From the human T2T-CHM13v2.0 reference genome, Homo sapiens, in assembly GCF_009914755.1 (NCBI RefSeq), contig NC_060932.1: 64,000 bases of DNA; one strand, given 5' to 3'. Under the pieces are notes generated by a model, which was not told the DNA's origin, searched no databases, and saw nothing but the letters and a program-made list of their open reading frames with translations. Shown one piece after another: positions 59,680-64,000 of this stretch. A program made the position numbers and the translations under genes. The stretch's first letter is position 1. Each line of letters begins with the position of its first letter.

Positions 59680-59965
59680 TAGATGCTAATATTCATGGAT
59701 AAAAGCTTAATGAAGAACAGAAAGTACAGTATCAAAGTGTCTCCCTACAGGATAATAATTTATAAAAGACAAAATAGTGACTTTACAGTGGACCAACCAG
59801 GCAGACACTCTCTCAACTAAGTGATCAAAGTTAGCCTCACTAATAATGGAAGCATATCTGTTCCTCCTGATATGCTGCACTGAGAAGAACACAACAGAAC
59901 TCCACATCACTGGTACTTCTGCCAAAAAGCATAATCTGAATCTCATTATGAGGAAATAATCAACA
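59680..59965 (+). mobile_element. L1ME/MC-type fragment
   Basis: actttacagtgg...aagtgatcaaagttagcctcact...cctcctgatatg.tgcactgagaag.acac...cataatctgaatct. Confidence 0.7.
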
Positions 59966-60290
59966 ACTTATGAATCACAATAAGAAGTAAAAAGAAAACC
60001 TTTACTCAACTGGCTTACTACAGCACGTGTAATTTCTTCTTTTGCTGTGAGATAGGATGACTCTAGGTTTATCTGATTTAGCATTTCATCATTTGTTTTT
60101 GTTTCTGTTCATTTTTTGCTCTGCCATCCTTTACTTTTCAGGTTAGCTCCCATGATTGCAAGATGGTGGCCATGGTTCCGACATTATGTCCAGACATAAC
60201 AATGGGCATGGGAGACAATAAGATATTTTTCATATTTATCACTTTTAATCAGTGAAGAAAACTTTTCCTAAAAGCCCGTAATATAGGTAC

Positions 60291-62511
60291 TAATGTGGTT
60301 TGGCTGTGTCCCTACTGAAATCTCATCTCACATGTTGTGGGAGGGACCCAGCGGGAGCAAGTCTTTCCTGTGCTGTTCTCATGATAGTGAATACCTCTCA
60401 TGAGATGTGATGGTTTTATAAGGGGGAGTTTTCGTGCCCAAGCTTTCTCTTTTCCTGGGGCCATCCATGTAAGATGTGACTTGCTCCTCCTTGCCTTCTG
60501 CCATAATTGTGAGGCCTCCACAGCCACATGGAACTGTAAGTCCACCAAACTTCTTTCTTTTGTAAATTGCCCAGTCTCAGCTATGTCTTTACCAGCAGCA
60601 TGAAAACAAAATAACACAGTGAATTGGTACCAGTACAGTGGGGCACTGCTGCAAAGATACCCAAAAATGTGGAGGCAATTTGGAACTGGGTAACAGGCAG
60701 AGGTTGGAAAAGTTTGAAGGGCTCATAAAAAGAAAGGAAAGTGTGGGAAAGTTTGGAACCCCCTAGAGACTTGTTAAATGGCTTTGACCAAAATGCTGAC
60801 AATGATATGGACAATGAAATCCAGGCTGAAGTGGTCTCAGATGGAGATGAGGAACTTGTTGGGAAATGGAGCAAAGGTGACTCTTGTTATGTTTTAGTAA
60901 AGAGACTGGAAGCATTTTGCCCCTGCCCTAGAGATTTGTGGAACTTTGAACTTGAGAGGATATCTGGTGGAAGAAATTTCTAAGTGGTAAAGCATTCAAG
61001 AGGTGACTTGGGTGTTGTTAAAGGCATTCCATTTTAAAAGGGAAACCGAGCATTATAGTTTGGAAAATTCGCAGCCTGACAATGCAATAGAAAAGAAAAT
61101 ACAATTTTCTGAGGAGAAATTCAAGCTGGCTGTAGAAATTTGCATAAGTAACAAGGAGCCGAATGTTATTCATCAAGAAAATGGGAAAAATGTCTCAGGG
61201 CAAGTCAGAGACCTTTGGAGCAGGCCCTCACATCACAGGCCGAGACCTAGGAGGAAAAAATGGATTCACGGGCTAGGCCCAGAGTTCCTCTGCTGTGTTC
61301 AGTCTAGAGACTTGGTGCCCTGTGTCCCAGCCACTCCAGTGACTAAAAGGGTCCAAGGTACAGCTCAGGCTGTAGCTTCATAGGGTGAAAGCCCCAAGCC
61401 TTGGCAGTTTCCACGTGGTGTTGAGCCTGTAGGTGCACAGAAGTCATGAATTGAGGTTTGGGAGCCTCCACCTAGATTTCAGAGGATGTATAGAAATACC
61501 TGGATGCCCAGGCAGAATTTGCTACAGGGGCAGGGCCCTCATGGAGAACTTCTGCTAGGCAGTGCAGAAAGGAAATGTGGGGTCAGAGCCCTGACAAAGA
61601 GTCCCTACTTGAGCACTGTCTAGTGGAGATTTGAGAAGAGGGCCACTGTCCTCTAGATCCCAGACTGATAGATCCACTGACAGCTTGCACCATGCCCCTG
61701 GAAAAGCCACAAACACTCAACACCAGCCCATAAAAGCAGCCAGGAGTGGGGCTATTCCCTGCAAAGCCACAGGGGTGGAGCTGCCCAAGGCTGTGAGAGC
61801 CTACCTATTGCATTAGCATGACCTGGATGTGAGACATGGAGTCAAAGAAGATCATTTTGGAGCTTTAAGATTTGACTGTCCCACTGGATTTTGGACTTGC
61901 ATGGGGCCTGTAGCCCCTTTGTTTTGGCCAATTTCTCCCATTTGGAACAAGAACATTTACACAATGCCTATACCCCCATTGTATCTAGGAAGTAACTAAC
62001 TTGCTTTTGATTTTACAGGCTCATAGGCAGAAGGGACTTGCCTTGTCTCAGATGAGACTTTGGACTGTGAGTTAATGCTGAAACGAGTTAAGTCTTTGTG
62101 GGACTGTTGGGAAGGCATGATTGGTTTTGAAATATGAGGATATGAGATTTGGGAGGGGCCAGGGGCAGAATGATGTGGTTTGGCTGTGTGACCACCCAAA
62201 GAAAATCTTGAATTCCCACATGTGAGAGGGACCTGGTGGGAAGTAATTGAATCGTGGGGGCAGGTCTTTCTCATGCTGTTCTCTTGATAGTGAATACATC
62301 TCATGAAATCTGATGGTTTTATAAGGGGGAGTTTCCCTGTACATGCTCTCTTCCCTTGTCTGCTGCCATGTGAGACATCCCTTTCACCTTCTGCCATGAT
62401 TGTGAGGTCTCCCCAGCCATGTGAAACTATAAGTCCATTAAACATCTTTCATTTGTAAATTGCCCAGTCTCGAGTATGTCTTTATCAGCAGCATGAAAAT
62501 GGACTAATACA
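60291..62511 (+). mobile_element. Complete THE1 (MaLR) provirus: LTR 60291-60618, internal region, LTR 62171-62511
   Basis: Internal region starts gtgaattggtaccagta and ends in PPT gggaggggccaggggcagaa; 5-bp TSD ggtac/tgtac. Confidence 0.95.
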
Positions 62512-62760
62512 TGTACCCTCCTGGGACTTTGGCCAAAACAATCACATGCCAACCCCTAAACAAATCACTAAGGAAGAGAAAGAGATTGCCAGGACTAGCC
62601 CTGGAGTACTCAGGAGCTCCCTGCAAGCCATGGAGAAGGATGGACACCCAAACCAAAGTGTGGCTCTTCAACAAAGAAGATGAACAAAAGACCTCCATTG
62701 TTAAGGCCAGCTGCAACACAGAGTGTGAGATGATTTAGTTATATGGACATTGAAGGGGAC

Positions 62761-63151
62761 TGCTATGGTTTTAATGTGTCCCGCACATTAGGTTTCATGT
62801 ATTGAAACTTAATCCCCAATGTAACAATGTTAAAAGGTGAAATTAAGAGGTGATTAATGGTCTTATTATGGATGGATTCTGTTATTATGGGTGTGAATTT
62901 ATAATCTCAGAAGTGGGTTCCTGATGAAAGTACAGGTTTGGGCCCCTTCCCCTCTCCCTCTCACATGCACTCTCTTGCCCTTCCACCTTCTGCCATGAAA
63001 TGACACAGCACAAGGTCCCTCACCAGATGCCAGCACCATGCTCTTGGACTTTCCAGCCTCCAGAACCTTGAGCCAAAAAGTCCCTGCTATTGTTTATAAA
63101 TTACCCAGTCAGTGGTAGTCTTCTTATTGCAGCAGAAAACAGACTAAGAAA
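62761..63151 (+). mobile_element. MaLR solo LTR (MSTB/MSTD-like)
   Basis: tgctatggtttt.aatgtgtccc...ccctcaccagatgccagcaccatgctcttggactt...cagactaaga; TSD gggac/aggac. Confidence 0.85.
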
Positions 63152-64000
63152 AGGACCCAGAGTCACAGTGAGGGGAGGGCTAAGGAGGAGCAATTACATG
63201 TAGGGGTCAGAGATGGCAGCAGCAAAGACACATGAAGGATGCTGTTAGTGGAGGGAGGAACCTGAAATAAATTTTGGGTTTTTCTTTTTGTTCAGATGAT
63301 TATAACAGCATCAAAGTGGAAAAAAACATGGCAAGATGAAGTGTATAAATACTCTTATAACCCATCTATTTTATGAAAACTAAAGACATCTTCAATTTAG
63401 TAAGTGGGAAAGGGAAATGAGAGAATTTATTTTCAAATAGTGTGACTTGGGTGGATGAGACAAAATAAAGATTTTCCAGGAGACTATGAATGGAATGTGG
63501 CTTTTATGTAGTAAACACTCCCCTGGATTTACAATCTCCCTGTCTAGCATATTATAGTGCTTTACCACTTTGAGTCTCAAGAAACTTAATCAATACCACT
63601 GTTGCCTAAATTGAAGGCCAATTATTCTTTTTCAGTCTTGAACACACATGAACTACAACTGTTTAGCATCTGCTTATTTCCAGAAGTTATTTCACACAGA
63701 TTTCACAAAATCTATTTAATTGTATCCTGGAACACTTAGAGGACACCTCTTTATGGCATTTCATGAAGGCAGTACTAATCAATAAAAATGAACAATTCCT
63801 AGATTTTATTTGCAAAAAAATACAATACATTTTACAGAGAGGTTCTTTTTGTTATATCTATATTCTAGGTTCAGTGTAGTCTTCAACACTGATCATTAAA
63901 AAAGTCAAGTTCTCTATTGATTCATCAATAGAGAAAAGCATTTCTGAACTGATTCTAATTTCCTAGCTAGCAGGTCTTGTTGCTTGGAATTTAAATACAT

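Noticed and set aside
60515-62420. PRDM9 hotspot motif in the THE1 LTRs
   Set aside because: The sites read cctccacagccac and tctccccagccat, not CCTCCCTNNCCAC.

Overview
Primate, most likely human, genomic DNA, judged from AluY/S/J, L1PA, THE1 and HSMAR1 elements. The window is repeat-dense and has no intact protein-coding gene. It holds two full-length but decayed L1PA5/6-type elements, one full-length older L1PA15/16-type element, several 5'-truncated L1s, about 17 Alu or Alu-monomer copies, a near full-length HSMAR1 mariner, a complete THE1 provirus, solo LTRs and DNA-transposon relics. Most longer ORFs in the track are L1, Alu or mariner fragments. The most unusual object (14025-15421) is a chimeric retrocopy: six KRAB-ZNF-type C2H2 fingers joined at an apparent splice junction to an ERV env tail and 3' LTR, ending in a poly(A) 15 nt after AATAAA. 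Other oddities are a 112-bp locally templated insertion, a 61-bp L1 target-site duplication, short L1 transduction tags, an intact antisense L1 ORF0, a ~140-bp x6 array in an old L1 5'UTR and discordant THE1 LTRs. Repeat subfamily names come from recalled consensus sequences, not a search. Boundaries are approximate unless a TSD is quoted.
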